DNA of 64,000 bases from an uncultured Gemmatimonadales bacterium (GTDB taxonomy: Bacteria; Gemmatimonadota; Gemmatimonadetes; Gemmatimonadales; GWC2-71-9): assembly GCA_963739455.1 (NCBI GenBank), contig CAVUAK010000001.1, positions 768,001-832,000 on the forward strand, given 5' to 3'. The translations under genes were made by a program, and so were the position numbers. Every line of letters starts with the position of its first letter. Positions within the stretch are counted from its first letter, which is position 1. Shown in pieces: positions 31,715 to 41,700 of the stretch. The notes below the pieces were generated by a model. The model saw only the letters and a list, made by a program, of their open reading frames with translations. It had not been told where the DNA came from and made no database searches.

Positions 31715-33220
31715 CTAGCCCCGGAGCGCCCGCGGAGATCCCTCGAGTGGGACCCCGACCCGCAACAGCTCAACCCACGGCGCGATGCCATCCGCCACCT
31801 GCTGTGCCATGGCGAGATGCAGGCGGGTAAACGCATCCGGTGCACCTGTGGTAAGGATCAGCGCCCCGCTGATCACACCCCCAGCCCTGAGCGGAAACAC
31901 CAGCTCGATCTCGGCACCGCCTCCCATCACCCCGTGCGGTACCTCCCCGCTGATCACCTTGCTGACCACCGCATGACTCACCGGCGTCGACGTGATCTCG
32001 CCGATATGCCGATGATCGCCCGGCACCAGCAGCACGACGCGGTCAGGCTGCTCAGTCCGTAGCGCGAGCCGCACTCGATGAAACGGCAGCAGTGCGGTCG
32101 CTTCCGCCATGTACTCCCGGAGCGCCGTCGAGAAGTCCGGCACTGTGGCCAGGATCGTTGCCATCCGCCGAAGCTGCGTCGGGATCGCGTTGGACGACCC
32201 GAGCTGAGCCCGGATGATCTTGAGCTGGCTGGTCTGCACCAGCGCCTCCACTCGGCTCGCGATCCAAGGCCCGAGGCGACCAAGCAGCTCCGCGTCGTAT
32301 CCGTCGTACACCCCCACCGCGTCACCGCCCAGCAGCAGGTAGCCCACCAACCGCTCCGCGACGACGAGGCGCACACCAATCGCCGAGCGCACCGCGCCAT
32401 TCCGGTCGCTCTCCGCCCAGCCGGTCCAGCCCGCTTCCATCAGCGCGTCGGCGAGCAGCACGCTGTCGCGCCCCGCGAATGCCGCCGGAGGGTCGAGCAG
32501 GTCGCGCGGCACGATGAGCGAGCTGTCGCTCCACAAGCCACCCTCCTCGTGCGCGCTCAGCCTGTACACCTGCTCCGGTGACGCACCGGGCACGAAGATG
32601 TCGAGCCGTTCGTGCGGAATCAGCCGGTCGAGTGCAGCACTCGCACCGCGCGCAAACCCGCGCGGCGTGTGCGCCAGTCGTGTTGCGGCAGCGAGCACAT
32701 CGATGACGCCGATCTCCGGGTGCGGCTCGACGTCCGGCCGATCGGGATCGGCGAGCCGCCCGAGCGTTGGCGCGATGCGCCGCGCGACGGCACCCAGGCG
32801 CTGCCGCGTCTCCGAATCGTGCATGTTGGGCGCAAAGGACGCGACGAGCAGCAGCCCCACATCATTCCGTTCAGTGCGACACGCGAAGCACGACACCGAC
32901 CCGTAGCCCGCATCCCGGATCACCGACTCCAGAAGCGCCAGCTGCGGCGCGCCAATCCTCGGCGACGGCAGCGGCACCCGCAGTTCATCCTCGGCGAGCG
33001 CTGCCGGACCCACCAGCGCCGCACCCCCCGAGACCGGATAGTGCCAGATCGCGAGAAGGTCATGGGGAATCTCCACGCCGACCACGTTGCTGAGCGCCTC
33101 GTACCAGGTCGTCAGCACCGAGGTCTCGCGCAGCGATTCCTCCGGACCAGGCACCGGAATCACGAGTTCATTGAGGTTGGGTTGCATGCAACGGACAAGT
33201 GCACGACGTATGCCGACCAT
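31715..33220 (-). CDS. Tandem GAF-like domain protein without output domain
   Basis: Three GAF-like segments (VRSAIGVRL...VGYLLLG; VFPLRAGGVISGALIL...AQQVADGIAPW); start could be 33188. Confidence 0.65.
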   Translation of the reverse strand: MVGIRRALVRCMQPNLNELVIPVPGPEESLRETSVLTTWYEALSNVVGVEIPHDLLAIWHYPVSGGAALVGPAALAEDELRVPLPSPRIGAPQLALLESVIRDAGYGSVSCFACRTERNDVGLLLVASFAPNMHDSETRQRLGAVARRIAPTLGRLADPDRPDVEPHPEIGVIDVLAAATRLAHTPRGFARGASAALDRLIPHERLDIFVPGASPEQVYRLSAHEEGGLWSDSSLIVPRDLLDPPAAFAGRDSVLLADALMEAGWTGWAESDRNGAVRSAIGVRLVVAERLVGYLLLGGDAVGVYDGYDAELLGRLGPWIASRVEALVQTSQLKIIRAQLGSSNAIPTQLRRMATILATVPDFSTALREYMAEATALLPFHRVRLALRTEQPDRVVLLVPGDHRHIGEITSTPVSHAVVSKVISGEVPHGVMGGGAEIELVFPLRAGGVISGALILTTGAPDAFTRLHLAMAQQVADGIAPWVELLRVGVPLEGSPRALRG

Positions 33221-33244
33221 GGTAGCACACGCAAGCGCTTGTCT

Positions 33245-33261
33245 CGCAATATCTTAGCCAA
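33245..33261 (-). promoter_or_regulatory. Candidate sigma54 (-24/-12) promoter of the GAF gene
   Basis: Minus strand TTGGCTAAGATATTGCG = TGGC-N7-TTGC. Confidence 0.5.
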
Positions 33262-33309
33262 GTACGCCCACCCAACATTCAGCCCCGCCCGGCTCCCCGT
33301 TGCCGCGTC

Positions 33310-33338
33310 TTGCGCCTTATACCCCCCACCCCTATTTT
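33310..33338 (+). promoter_or_regulatory. Sigma70-type promoter with CsoR-like C-tract operator
   Basis: TTGCGC-N17-TATTTT; spacer contains TATACCCCCCACCCCTAT; 30 nt upstream of copZ in an operon containing csoR. Confidence 0.6.
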
Positions 33339-33367
33339 ACCATCCGTTGACCTTATCGGAGCTCCAC

Positions 33368-33577
33368 ATGACCCCGCTCGCACTCAGTATCAACGGCATG
33401 TCCTGCGGGCATTGCCTCAACGCTGTCCGTAACGCGCTGAGCGATACACCGGGCGTGACAGTCGAGTCGGTGCGCATTGGCCGAGCTGACGTGCAATACG
33501 ATCCGTCCATCACCACGCCCGACCAGATCGCCTCCGCCGTCACTGATGCCGGCTACGAAGCCGCCCATGTCGGATAG
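33368..33577 (+). CDS. copZ: Copper chaperone (HMA domain)
   Basis: GMSCGHC...DAGY; GGAG SD. Confidence 0.9.
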   Translation: MTPLALSINGMSCGHCLNAVRNALSDTPGVTVESVRIGRADVQYDPSITTPDQIASAVTDAGYEAAHVG

Positions 33578-35870
33578 GCACGACCACCTCACGACTTCAC
33601 GTCCTCACGCCCTCACGTCCACACCTCCAGACGCAGGCGCTGCGCGCCTGCGTCTGGAGGTGACCGGAATGACCTGCGCCGCCTGCAGCAGCCGCATCCA
33701 GCGCGTGCTCGAGCATACCGCCGGCGTCAGCAGTGCCAACGTCAACCTCATGACCAATACCGCCGCCATCGAGTTCAATCCGGCGGTCACCGGCACAAGT
33801 CAGCTCATCACCGCCGTCGAGAAGGCCGGCTATGGCGCGCGCGTGCCTGTCGCGTCCCACGAGCATCACCATCCCGCAACGCATGATCACGCCGCCGGCA
33901 TCAAGCCCTGGGTCCCCCTCGGCCTCTTCGCCGTCGCGATGGTCATCTCCATGCACCTCGATGGCCCATCCGCATCGATCTGGCGCTGGACGCTGCTCGC
34001 GCTGACGCTCCCCGTCGTACTGATCCACGGTCGCCATTTCTACGTGCGCGCCTGGGCTGCCGCGAGGCACCGCGCGGCCGACATGAACACGCTCATTGCA
34101 CTCGGTACCGGCGCGGCCCTGCTCTTCAGCATCGCCACCACTGTCGCCGCGGGCTGGTTCGAGCAACACGGCATCGCCCCCGCCGTCTATTACGAAGCGG
34201 TCATCGGCATCATTGCGCTCGTCGTCACCGGACAGTGGTTGGAGGAACGCGCCAAGGGCCGCGCCTCGGCGGCGCTCGATCGCCTGCTCGCGCTGCGTCC
34301 CCAGACGGTGCGTGTGGTGCGCGCCGGCGGCGATGAGGAAATCGCCATCGCACAACTGGCCATGGGTGACGAATTCCGTGTGCGCCCCGGCGAATCCATT
34401 GCGGCCGACGGCGCCATCGTGGATGGTCAGGGCAGCATCGACGAATCGATGCTCACCGGCGAGCCACTCCCCGTCGAGCGGCACACTGGAGACGAGGTCG
34501 TGGGCGGCACCGTCAACCGCACCGGCGCCCTCCGCGTGCGCGCGACGCGCATCGGCGCCGACTCGGTACTGGCCCGCATCATCCGCCTGGTGCGCGAGGC
34601 GCAGGAGACGCGGGCACCCATCCAGCGCCTCGCTGATCGCGTTGCCGGCATCTTCGTGCCGGTGGTGGTGCTCATCGCCCTCGGTGCAGCTGCCGCCTGG
34701 TATTTCGCCGGTCCGGAGCCGCACCTCCTCAACGCACTCGTCGCCGCCGTCGCCGTCCTCATCATTGCCTGCCCCTGTGCCATGGGACTCGCGGTTCCCA
34801 CCGCCGTCATGGTTGGCACCGGGCGCGGCGCTGAACTCGGCATCCTGGTCCGCGGCGGTGAGGCCATCGAGCGCGGCGAGAAGATCGACCTGGTGCTGCT
34901 CGACAAGACCGGCACCATCACCGAGGGCCGCCCGCGCGTCACCGCGGTTGAGCTCACCCGCGGCTCTCCGGTGGACCGCGATACACTCCTCGTCCTCACC
35001 GCCGCCGTCGAGCAGGCCAGCGAGCACCCTCTGGCCGACGCAGTACTCTCCGCAGTGCCCACAGGCACTGTCCTGCCGCAGGTCGCAGGTCTCGATGTCT
35101 CCGTCGGTCGTGGTATCGCGGGCACGGTGAGCGGGCGCCGGGTGGCCGTAGGCAACGCTGACTTCATGCAGGCCATCGGCGTCGCCACCACCGAGCTCGA
35201 CACCGTCGCGTCGCAGCACGCGGCGCTCGCCGCCACACCGGTGTTCGTCTCGGTTGACGGAGCCCTTGCCGGCGTGCTTGCCATCGCAGACCCCGTCCGC
35301 GCTACCAGCGCCGAGGCGATCAGGGCACTCCGTGAGCGCGGGCTGCAGGTAGTGCTTCTCACTGGAGACCGGCGCGATACCGCCAACGCCGTCGCCCGTC
35401 AGGTCGGCATCGACGTGGTAGAGGCGCAGGTGTCGCCCGACCGGAAGCTGGATGTGGTGCGGAAGTACCAGGAACAGGGACGCCGCGTCGCAATGGTGGG
35501 AGACGGGCTCAACGATGCACCCGCACTCGCCCAGGCCGATCTCGGCGTCGCCATGGGTGCTGGCACCGATGTCGCCCTCGAGACGGCGAGCGTGACGCTG
35601 CTTCGCAACGACTTGCGCAGCGTCCCCCAGGCGCTGGCGCTGGTGAAGCAGACCATGCGCGTCATCCGCCAGAATCTTGGCTGGGCCTTCATCTACAACG
35701 TGATCTGCATTCCCGTCGCTGCGGGCGTTCTCTATCCGTTCCTCGGTCTTCGCCTCACGCCCACCATGGCCGCCGCCGCGATGGCGTTGAGCAGCGTCAG
35801 CGTCGTGGCCAACAGCCTCAGGCTGAAGCGGTTCCGCTCGAGTGACGATTCACTTACGACTCACGACTGA
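33567..35870 (+). CDS. copA: Copper-translocating P1B-type ATPase
   Basis: MTCAAC, TGEP, CPC, DKTGT, SEHP, GDGLND, YN...P, MALSS. Confidence 0.95.
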   Translation: MSDRHDHLTTSRPHALTSTPPDAGAARLRLEVTGMTCAACSSRIQRVLEHTAGVSSANVNLMTNTAAIEFNPAVTGTSQLITAVEKAGYGARVPVASHEHHHPATHDHAAGIKPWVPLGLFAVAMVISMHLDGPSASIWRWTLLALTLPVVLIHGRHFYVRAWAAARHRAADMNTLIALGTGAALLFSIATTVAAGWFEQHGIAPAVYYEAVIGIIALVVTGQWLEERAKGRASAALDRLLALRPQTVRVVRAGGDEEIAIAQLAMGDEFRVRPGESIAADGAIVDGQGSIDESMLTGEPLPVERHTGDEVVGGTVNRTGALRVRATRIGADSVLARIIRLVREAQETRAPIQRLADRVAGIFVPVVVLIALGAAAAWYFAGPEPHLLNALVAAVAVLIIACPCAMGLAVPTAVMVGTGRGAELGILVRGGEAIERGEKIDLVLLDKTGTITEGRPRVTAVELTRGSPVDRDTLLVLTAAVEQASEHPLADAVLSAVPTGTVLPQVAGLDVSVGRGIAGTVSGRRVAVGNADFMQAIGVATTELDTVASQHAALAATPVFVSVDGALAGVLAIADPVRATSAEAIRALRERGLQVVLLTGDRRDTANAVARQVGIDVVEAQVSPDRKLDVVRKYQEQGRRVAMVGDGLNDAPALAQADLGVAMGAGTDVALETASVTLLRNDLRSVPQALALVKQTMRVIRQNLGWAFIYNVICIPVAAGVLYPFLGLRLTPTMAAAAMALSSVSVVANSLRLKRFRSSDDSLTTHD
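33587..33620 (+). repeat. Four CCTCACGT-type octamers in the copA 5' end
   Basis: CCTCACGA CTTCACGT CCTCACGC CCTCACGT. Confidence 0.75.
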
Positions 35871-35884
35871 CGACTCATGACTGA
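35853..35884 (+). repeat. Heptamer array spanning the copA stop and csoR start
   Basis: CTTACGA CTCACGA CTGACGA CTCATGA. Confidence 0.7.
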
Positions 35885-36176
35885 AAACCGCCACGCCGAT
35901 ATCACGCCCGAGACCAAGCAGGCAGTCCTCAATCGCCTCCGTCGTATCGAGGGACAGGTCCGTGGCCTGCAGCGCATGGTCGAGGAAGAGCGCTACTGCG
36001 CCGATGTGCTGACCCAGGTGCAGTCGGTACAGGAGGCGTTGCGGGGAGTCGGGCGTGAGATGCTGGACAACCACCTGCGGCATTGCACTACTGCGGCGTT
36101 GCGCTCGAACGATCCCGCCCGCGCCGAGGAGATCTATCAGGAACTCCTCGAACTCGCCTGGCGCTCCGCCCGCTAG
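35877..36176 (+). CDS. csoR: CsoR family metal-sensitive repressor
   Basis: RLRRIEGQVRGLQRM...YCADVL...HLRHC. Confidence 0.93.
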   Translation: MTENRHADITPETKQAVLNRLRRIEGQVRGLQRMVEEERYCADVLTQVQSVQEALRGVGREMLDNHLRHCTTAALRSNDPARAEEIYQELLELAWRSAR

Positions 36177-36201
36177 CACCAATCTCGATTCAAGGGCCCG
36201 C

Positions 36202-37743
36202 TCACCGCTCACCGCTCACACTGTTCGTGCGTTGGAACGCTGAGCCCGCCCGGAAGTCCACGCCCGTCCCCGCCGCCCCAAAGTACGTCCCCGCAGCATA
36301 GAGCAGTTCTACCTCTTCCACCGCTCCTCCCATTGGCATGCTCGCAACGAACTCGTCGCTCGGTCCATGGTACCGCGTAGCCAGGTACTCATGAAATGCC
36401 TTGCTCCCCTGCTGCCCATTCCCGATGGCGCCGGAGAGAATGAACGACGGCACACCCGCCATCAGCAGCGACCATGCATCCGAGCTCCGCACCACCATCT
36501 TCGCCAGCCCACCCGTCTCGAGCGTCCTCCCCTGCACTGCGACCAATCGCTCGAAGACTGAATCCGCATCAGTGAGCCCCGCACCGACGAACCCCGCCGA
36601 GTTACCGCGGTCGTAGAGCACGATCACGTCGAGGTTGAACTCGGCAACCGTTTGCGCCAGCGGCACCAGCGGCGTGCGCGTGTACTGTCGTGATCCCGCC
36701 AGTCCCATCTCCTCGGCAGTGGTCGCCAGGAACAGAATGCTGCGATCAGGGCGCGGTCCCGATGCAAAGGCACGGGCCAGCTCGATCATTCCCGCCGTCC
36801 CGCTCGCGTTGTCAATCGCCCCGTTGCAGATCTCGTCGGCTGCGCCGATGCGGCAGTGGCCGAAGCTGTCCCAGTGCGCCGTATACAGGATGTATTCACT
36901 TGGCTGGCGCGCGCCCTTGAGTACACCCGCCACGTTGTGGCTGGTGAACTCCGTGATTTCGGTACTGACCTTCGCGTCGGCACGCAGGGGCACCGCCAGG
37001 GCCTGAAACTCGGGCGCCGCCGCCTTCGCCTCGAGCTCGCTCAGCCGCATTCCAGCTGCCTCGAGCACGCCTGCCGCCGCGGATTCGCTGATGACCCCAT
37101 GCACGATCACGGCCGGATCCGACGCCAGCGTCGTCACCCCGCTCTCGAAGGCCGCCTTCCGTTGCGTGAAGGCATTGTCCGCCACGACGACAAGCGCGCC
37201 GCGGGCTCCCGCCGTCGCCAGTATCGCGAGTCGCGTCACCCCGTCGGTGGCCTGCGGCTGCGGCGTACCCGGCGGGTCGCTGTCGCGATACAGCACCAGC
37301 GCACCTTCCATCCCCGTCCTCCCCGCCTTCCCCGCCTTCCCCGCCCTCAAATACCCTCCCCACACGACCGGAACATTGTTCAGCTGGACCGACGGACCTT
37401 TTCCCACCAGCGCCACGGCATCGCTAAGGTCCGTCGTCACCCCCGTCGACCCGCGAACCACCAGGCTCGCCCGCTGCATCCGCCGAGTGACCAGCTTCAC
37501 CGGCTGGAGCCACGCATTCCCGGCTCCAGGCGCCAGGCCAACCTCGGTGAATCGGCTGATGATGAAATCGGTGGTGGTCCGCTCGCTCGGCGTGCCGGGC
37601 TTCCGGCCGGCGAACGAGTCGGAGGAAAGCACCTGCATGTCCGTCCGTATCCGATCACCGGAGATGTCCGGCGCTGATTGGGCACGCGCGGACGCGCTGG
37701 CCGCGAGTGACACGCTCGCCGCCAGGGCCGCGACCCGGCTCAT
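36202..37743 (-). CDS. M28 family peptidase, secreted
   Basis: GRKPGT, AHWD, GAIDNASG, AEEMGL, NLD, YHGPSD; ATG 37743 begins the signal peptide. Confidence 0.9.
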   Translation of the reverse strand: MSRVAALAASVSLAASASARAQSAPDISGDRIRTDMQVLSSDSFAGRKPGTPSERTTTDFIISRFTEVGLAPGAGNAWLQPVKLVTRRMQRASLVVRGSTGVTTDLSDAVALVGKGPSVQLNNVPVVWGGYLRAGKAGKAGRTGMEGALVLYRDSDPPGTPQPQATDGVTRLAILATAGARGALVVVADNAFTQRKAAFESGVTTLASDPAVIVHGVISESAAAGVLEAAGMRLSELEAKAAAPEFQALAVPLRADAKVSTEITEFTSHNVAGVLKGARQPSEYILYTAHWDSFGHCRIGAADEICNGAIDNASGTAGMIELARAFASGPRPDRSILFLATTAEEMGLAGSRQYTRTPLVPLAQTVAEFNLDVIVLYDRGNSAGFVGAGLTDADSVFERLVAVQGRTLETGGLAKMVVRSSDAWSLLMAGVPSFILSGAIGNGQQGSKAFHEYLATRYHGPSDEFVASMPMGGAVEEVELLYAAGTYFGAAGTGVDFRAGSAFQRTNSVSGER

Positions 37744-37788
37744 CGAGTGCAGTTGCGCTCTCACGACCAGAAGATAGGCTTGTGTACC

Positions 37789-39018
37789 ATGACCCTCGAT
37801 CGCCGTACATTTCTCTCTGCCGCCACGTCCCTCGCGGCCACTGCCGCCCTTGGGCCCACCAGCCCGACTCCACCAACGCAACCCACAAGCTTTGGCCCCG
37901 ACGACCCGCTCGGCGTGCGCGGTGACTTTCCCATCACTGCCAGCCGCACTTATCTCAACACCGCGTACATCGCGCCCATCCCGAAGCAGGTGCTCGCAGC
38001 GGGCCAGGACTTCATGGAGATGCGCGCCCGCCAGCCGCTCAGCGTCGGTGACCTCCTCCGCAAGGTCGGCGCAACGCGCACCAGCTTTGCCCGCCTCATC
38101 AATGCCTCGCCCGATGAGGTTGGTCTCCTGTACACCACCACGGAAGGCGAGAACATCGTCGCCGGCTCCATCGCGTGGGTACCCGGCGACAACGTGGTCA
38201 TCGACGACCTGCACTACGAAGCCGCCTTCGTGCTCTATCGCCAGCTCGAGGCCCGACACGGCATCGAGCTTCGCATTGCCCGGAACCGCGATGGCGTCGT
38301 TGAGGCGAAGGACATGGCGCCGCTCATTGACGCGCGCACCAGGCTCGTGTCGGTGGCCTGGGTCTCGCCCGTGAATGGCTACCGCCATGACATGCGGTCC
38401 ATCGCCGACCTCGCTCATGCTCATGGTGCATTGCTCTACGCCGATGCCATTCAGGCCATCGGCATGTTCCCCATCGATGTCGAGGCATCTGGCGTCGACG
38501 CGCTCTGCTGCGGCACGTACAAGTGGCTCGTTGCCGGATTCGGCGTGGCGCCCTTCTACGTACGGCGCTCGGTACTCGACCGCATCCAGCCCGATCGCGT
38601 TGGTGCCTTCAGCGTCGAGCGCGAATTGCCCGACCAGCATTTCGAGTTGAGGACGAAGACCGCCGGAAAGTTCACCTACGCCACGCTCCCCTTCGCCGAG
38701 GTCTATCAGCTCGCTGCGGCATTGGACTACCTGGAGAAGGTCGGCGTCCCCCGCATTGAGCTACACACCGTAGCGCTTGCCCAGCGCCTGCAGGAAGGGC
38801 TCCTGGCTCAGGGCTACCGCCTCTTCACCCCACCGGAGACGAAGACCTCGATCGTCACGTTTCGTCTTTCGAGGGATCCCGCTGAGCTGGGTGCCGCACT
38901 CGCCGCCGCGCGCATCGACGTCACCGTGAGGGAGCACGAGGTGCGTGTTTCGGCCGCACTATTCAACACCGAGGACGATATCGATGGTTTTCTTGCCGTG
39001 ACACGGGGCCGCACCTAG
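37789..39018 (+). CDS. Aminotransferase class V PLP enzyme with Tat signal
   Basis: DRRTFL twin-arginine motif; YLNTA, ADAIQAIG, GTYKWL. Confidence 0.88.
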   Translation: MTLDRRTFLSAATSLAATAALGPTSPTPPTQPTSFGPDDPLGVRGDFPITASRTYLNTAYIAPIPKQVLAAGQDFMEMRARQPLSVGDLLRKVGATRTSFARLINASPDEVGLLYTTTEGENIVAGSIAWVPGDNVVIDDLHYEAAFVLYRQLEARHGIELRIARNRDGVVEAKDMAPLIDARTRLVSVAWVSPVNGYRHDMRSIADLAHAHGALLYADAIQAIGMFPIDVEASGVDALCCGTYKWLVAGFGVAPFYVRRSVLDRIQPDRVGAFSVERELPDQHFELRTKTAGKFTYATLPFAEVYQLAAALDYLEKVGVPRIELHTVALAQRLQEGLLAQGYRLFTPPETKTSIVTFRLSRDPAELGAALAAARIDVTVREHEVRVSAALFNTEDDIDGFLAVTRGRT

Positions 39019-39072
39019 CCTCCTCACCCCTCACGCAGTCGCAGTTCCTCCTTACGCTGTTTGAGTCCCTCC

Positions 39073-40602
39073 TCACGCAGTTTGTTGCTGCATCCTCAGC
39101 CCGTCTCCAACAACAGACCTCGCCGCAAAAAGCACGAGCACCCCTCCCACCATCGCCACGATCGGCAGCAGGAACATTGCGTACTCCAGGCCGAACCGGT
39201 CCGACAGCGCCCCTACCAGCGGAAACGCGATGGCATCTCCCGCCAGGTGAATGAAGAAGAGGTACGCGCCCACCACCGTCCCACCGATCGCGGGCGGCAC
39301 CACGTCGAAGATCGTGGCACTCAACGGACCGTTGTACCACGTCAGGAAGAAGAACGCCGCGCAGAACACGGGAATGAACACCTCGATGTCCCGGATGGTC
39401 AGCAGCCAGATCGCGAGCGGTGCTCCAACCAGGAACCCCGCCCCCGCCACCAGCGGGCGCGCCGAGGGAAACCGCTTCCGAAGTGCGTCAGCGATGGCGC
39501 CCCCCGCCAGCGTTCCGGCGATCCCGAAGATCAAGCCGTACTTCCCGAGCAGCAGTGTCACCGCCCCCACCGAGAGGCCCAGTTCCCGGGACATGAAGCT
39601 CGGAGCCCAACCGATGATCCCGTTCATGCCGAATGAGATGAGCGCCCCACCGGCAAACACATAGAGCAGCGTCGGGGTTCGCAGTACCGTCCGCGCCGCA
39701 TCGGCAAGCCCCACCGAAGCCGTGGTGAACGCCGCATCCTCATCGCTGCCGTCCGGCGTGTCGCTCCCGCCGGCGCGACGCACCCAGCGGCGCACATCCA
39801 GCGCAAGGCCGATCGCCGCCAGCGTGCCCAGCGCTGCCGCATCGGCCGAGGTGTCCTTCCCCAGCGTGATGTGAAATCCGAGCGCCGCCACCGAACCAGC
39901 CGCGAGACCGAGCAGGAGGTAGCGGAAGCTCGACCCGAGTGCAGCACCACCCGCGCGCAGCTCCTTTATCGTGGCGCCGAAGGACAGCAGTCCCCCCGCT
40001 CGCGCCGGGTCGATCAGTCGCGCCGCCAGCGCGCCGATGACGAACCCCGGCAACCCCAGCGTCAGGAACGCCACTCGCCAGCCGTAGGCCACACCCAATT
40101 GCCCGGCGATCAGGATGCCGAGTACTCCGCCCAGTGGAATGCCTGCCATGAACACGCCCATCGCAAGCGCTCGCCGCGGTCCCTCGAAGTAGGTCGCCAC
40201 CAGCGATGTCGATGCCGCGCCCGCCGCGGCACCACCGAGTCCTACTCCTGCGCGCGTCAGCAACAGCGGGAGGAATCCGCGCACCAGCCCGCCCGCGCTC
40301 GTGCAGATGCTCCAGAGACCCACGCCCGCCGCGATGACCGCCGGCCGCGAGCGCATGTCGCTCAGCACCCCCAGCGGCAGCGACGCAATCGAGAACACGA
40401 GGACGTAGGCGGAAGCGAGCCACCCCAGGTGCGCGTCCGTCAGCGACAGGTCGCGCTTGAGTGGCTCGAAGAGCGCAAAGATGGCATTGCGCTCGACGTA
40501 GTTGAGGAGGTTGATGACGGTGAGCAACCCCAGGGCCCACGCCTGCCCACTGCCGACTGACTGACGACTGCCAACTGACGACTGCCCACTCAGCGCCGCC
40601 AC
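39073..40602 (-). CDS. MFS transporter (spinster-like)
   Basis: INLLNYVER, GVLSDMRSR motif A, GAIADALR; multiple TM helices. Confidence 0.9.
   Translation of the reverse strand: MAALSGQSSVGSRQSVGSGQAWALGLLTVINLLNYVERNAIFALFEPLKRDLSLTDAHLGWLASAYVLVFSIASLPLGVLSDMRSRPAVIAAGVGLWSICTSAGGLVRGFLPLLLTRAGVGLGGAAAGAASTSLVATYFEGPRRALAMGVFMAGIPLGGVLGILIAGQLGVAYGWRVAFLTLGLPGFVIGALAARLIDPARAGGLLSFGATIKELRAGGAALGSSFRYLLLGLAAGSVAALGFHITLGKDTSADAAALGTLAAIGLALDVRRWVRRAGGSDTPDGSDEDAAFTTASVGLADAARTVLRTPTLLYVFAGGALISFGMNGIIGWAPSFMSRELGLSVGAVTLLLGKYGLIFGIAGTLAGGAIADALRKRFPSARPLVAGAGFLVGAPLAIWLLTIRDIEVFIPVFCAAFFFLTWYNGPLSATIFDVVPPAIGGTVVGAYLFFIHLAGDAIAFPLVGALSDRFGLEYAMFLLPIVAMVGGVLVLFAARSVVGDGLRMQQQTA
40543..40590. 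repeat. CTG(A/C)CGA-type heptamer array in the MFS 5' end
   Basis: CTGCCCA CTGCCGA CTGA CTGACGA CTGCCAA CTGACGA CTGCCCA; reads SGQSSVGSRQSVGSGQ on the minus strand. Confidence 0.8.
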
Positions 40603-41619
40603 TCAGTCTCCCAGCACGTACGCAAACACCAGCGGCGCCACGATCGTCGCATCACTCTGGATCATGAACTTGGGCGTGTCCACGTCCAGCTTGCCCCACG
40701 TGATCTTCTCGTTCGGCACTGCACCCGAATACCCGCCATAGCTCGTCGACGCATCCGAGATCTGCGCGAAGTACCCCCAGAACGGTACGTCCTCCATCTG
40801 GAGATCCTGCACCATCGCCGGCACCGCACAGATCGCGAAGTCACCCGCGATCCCGCCGCCCACCTGGAAGAACCCGACGCTCGGCTTGTCCAGCACCGCG
40901 TCCCCGCCCTTCGCCTTCTTCTTGGCGACGTTGTACCCGCTCGCATCCAGGTACCAGCGCATCAGGTGCTCCATCTGCTCCGTGCCGCTCTTCACGCACT
41001 GATGATGCTTCACCTCGCCCCGGAACACCGCCGCCGCGAACATGTTGCCCGTCGTCGAGTCTTCCCAGCCCGGGGAATACACCGGGATGCCCTTTTCCCA
41101 CGCCGCCAGCAGCCACGAGTTCGCCGCCGGGATCTGGTAGTGCTCCTCCATCGCGCCGTTGGCGAAGATGTCCTGCAGGTACTCCGCCTCGAACTTCCGC
41201 TCCCCGGTGTCGGCCGCCTTCTTCCACCGGTCGATCAGCTTCCGCTCCAGGTTCCGCATCACCGACTCCGGGATCGCCGTGTCGGTTACCCGGTTGAATC
41301 CCGCCTCGTACAGCTCCTTCTCATCCTCCACCGAGAGCGCGCGGTAGTCCTCGATGATCTTGTAGTCGTTGTACGCGAGGAGGTTGAACAGGTCTTCCTC
41401 GAGATTGGCGCCGGTACAGCAGATCCCGTGCACCATGTCCGCCCGGATCATCCGGGCCAGGATCTGCCCCAGCTTCGCCGTGCTCATGGCACCCGCCAGG
41501 GTCACCAGCATCTTCCCGCCCGCCTTGATGTGATTCTCGTAGCCGCGCGACGCGGCCACCGTCTCGCGGGCGTTGAAATGGAGGAAGTGCTGGTCGAGAA
41601 AAGTCCGAACGCTCGTCAT
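40603..41619 (-). CDS. Deoxyhypusine synthase family protein
   Basis: LAGAMST, TGANLEED, NRVTDT, WEDST.GN, GGGIAGDF, YGGYSGAVPNEKITWGK, SDATI. Confidence 0.92.
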   Translation of the reverse strand: MTSVRTFLDQHFLHFNARETVAASRGYENHIKAGGKMLVTLAGAMSTAKLGQILARMIRADMVHGICCTGANLEEDLFNLLAYNDYKIIEDYRALSVEDEKELYEAGFNRVTDTAIPESVMRNLERKLIDRWKKAADTGERKFEAEYLQDIFANGAMEEHYQIPAANSWLLAAWEKGIPVYSPGWEDSTTGNMFAAAVFRGEVKHHQCVKSGTEQMEHLMRWYLDASGYNVAKKKAKGGDAVLDKPSVGFFQVGGGIAGDFAICAVPAMVQDLQMEDVPFWGYFAQISDASTSYGGYSGAVPNEKITWGKLDVDTPKFMIQSDATIVAPLVFAYVLGD

Positions 41620-41652
41620 TTGCTTGGAATCCCGTTTGTCTGTCGTATTACT

Positions 41653-41700
41653 TCCCCGCCCTCCCCGCCCTCCCCGCCCTCTACGCCCTTCGCGCCCTCG
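41653..41700. repeat. CCCCGCCCT nonamer array (further copies at about 37312-37347 and 56921-56948)
   Basis: TCCCCGCCC x3 plus degenerate copies around the LOG stop codon. Confidence 0.75.

Noticed and set aside
36202..38640. 812-aa M28 fusion protein
   Set aside because: The first 299 aa are antisense to the aminotransferase; a signal peptide starts at ATG 37743.
39018..39100. 21-nt periodic repeats as a mini-CRISPR
   Set aside because: The period is too short for a repeat plus spacer, and the copies are degenerate.
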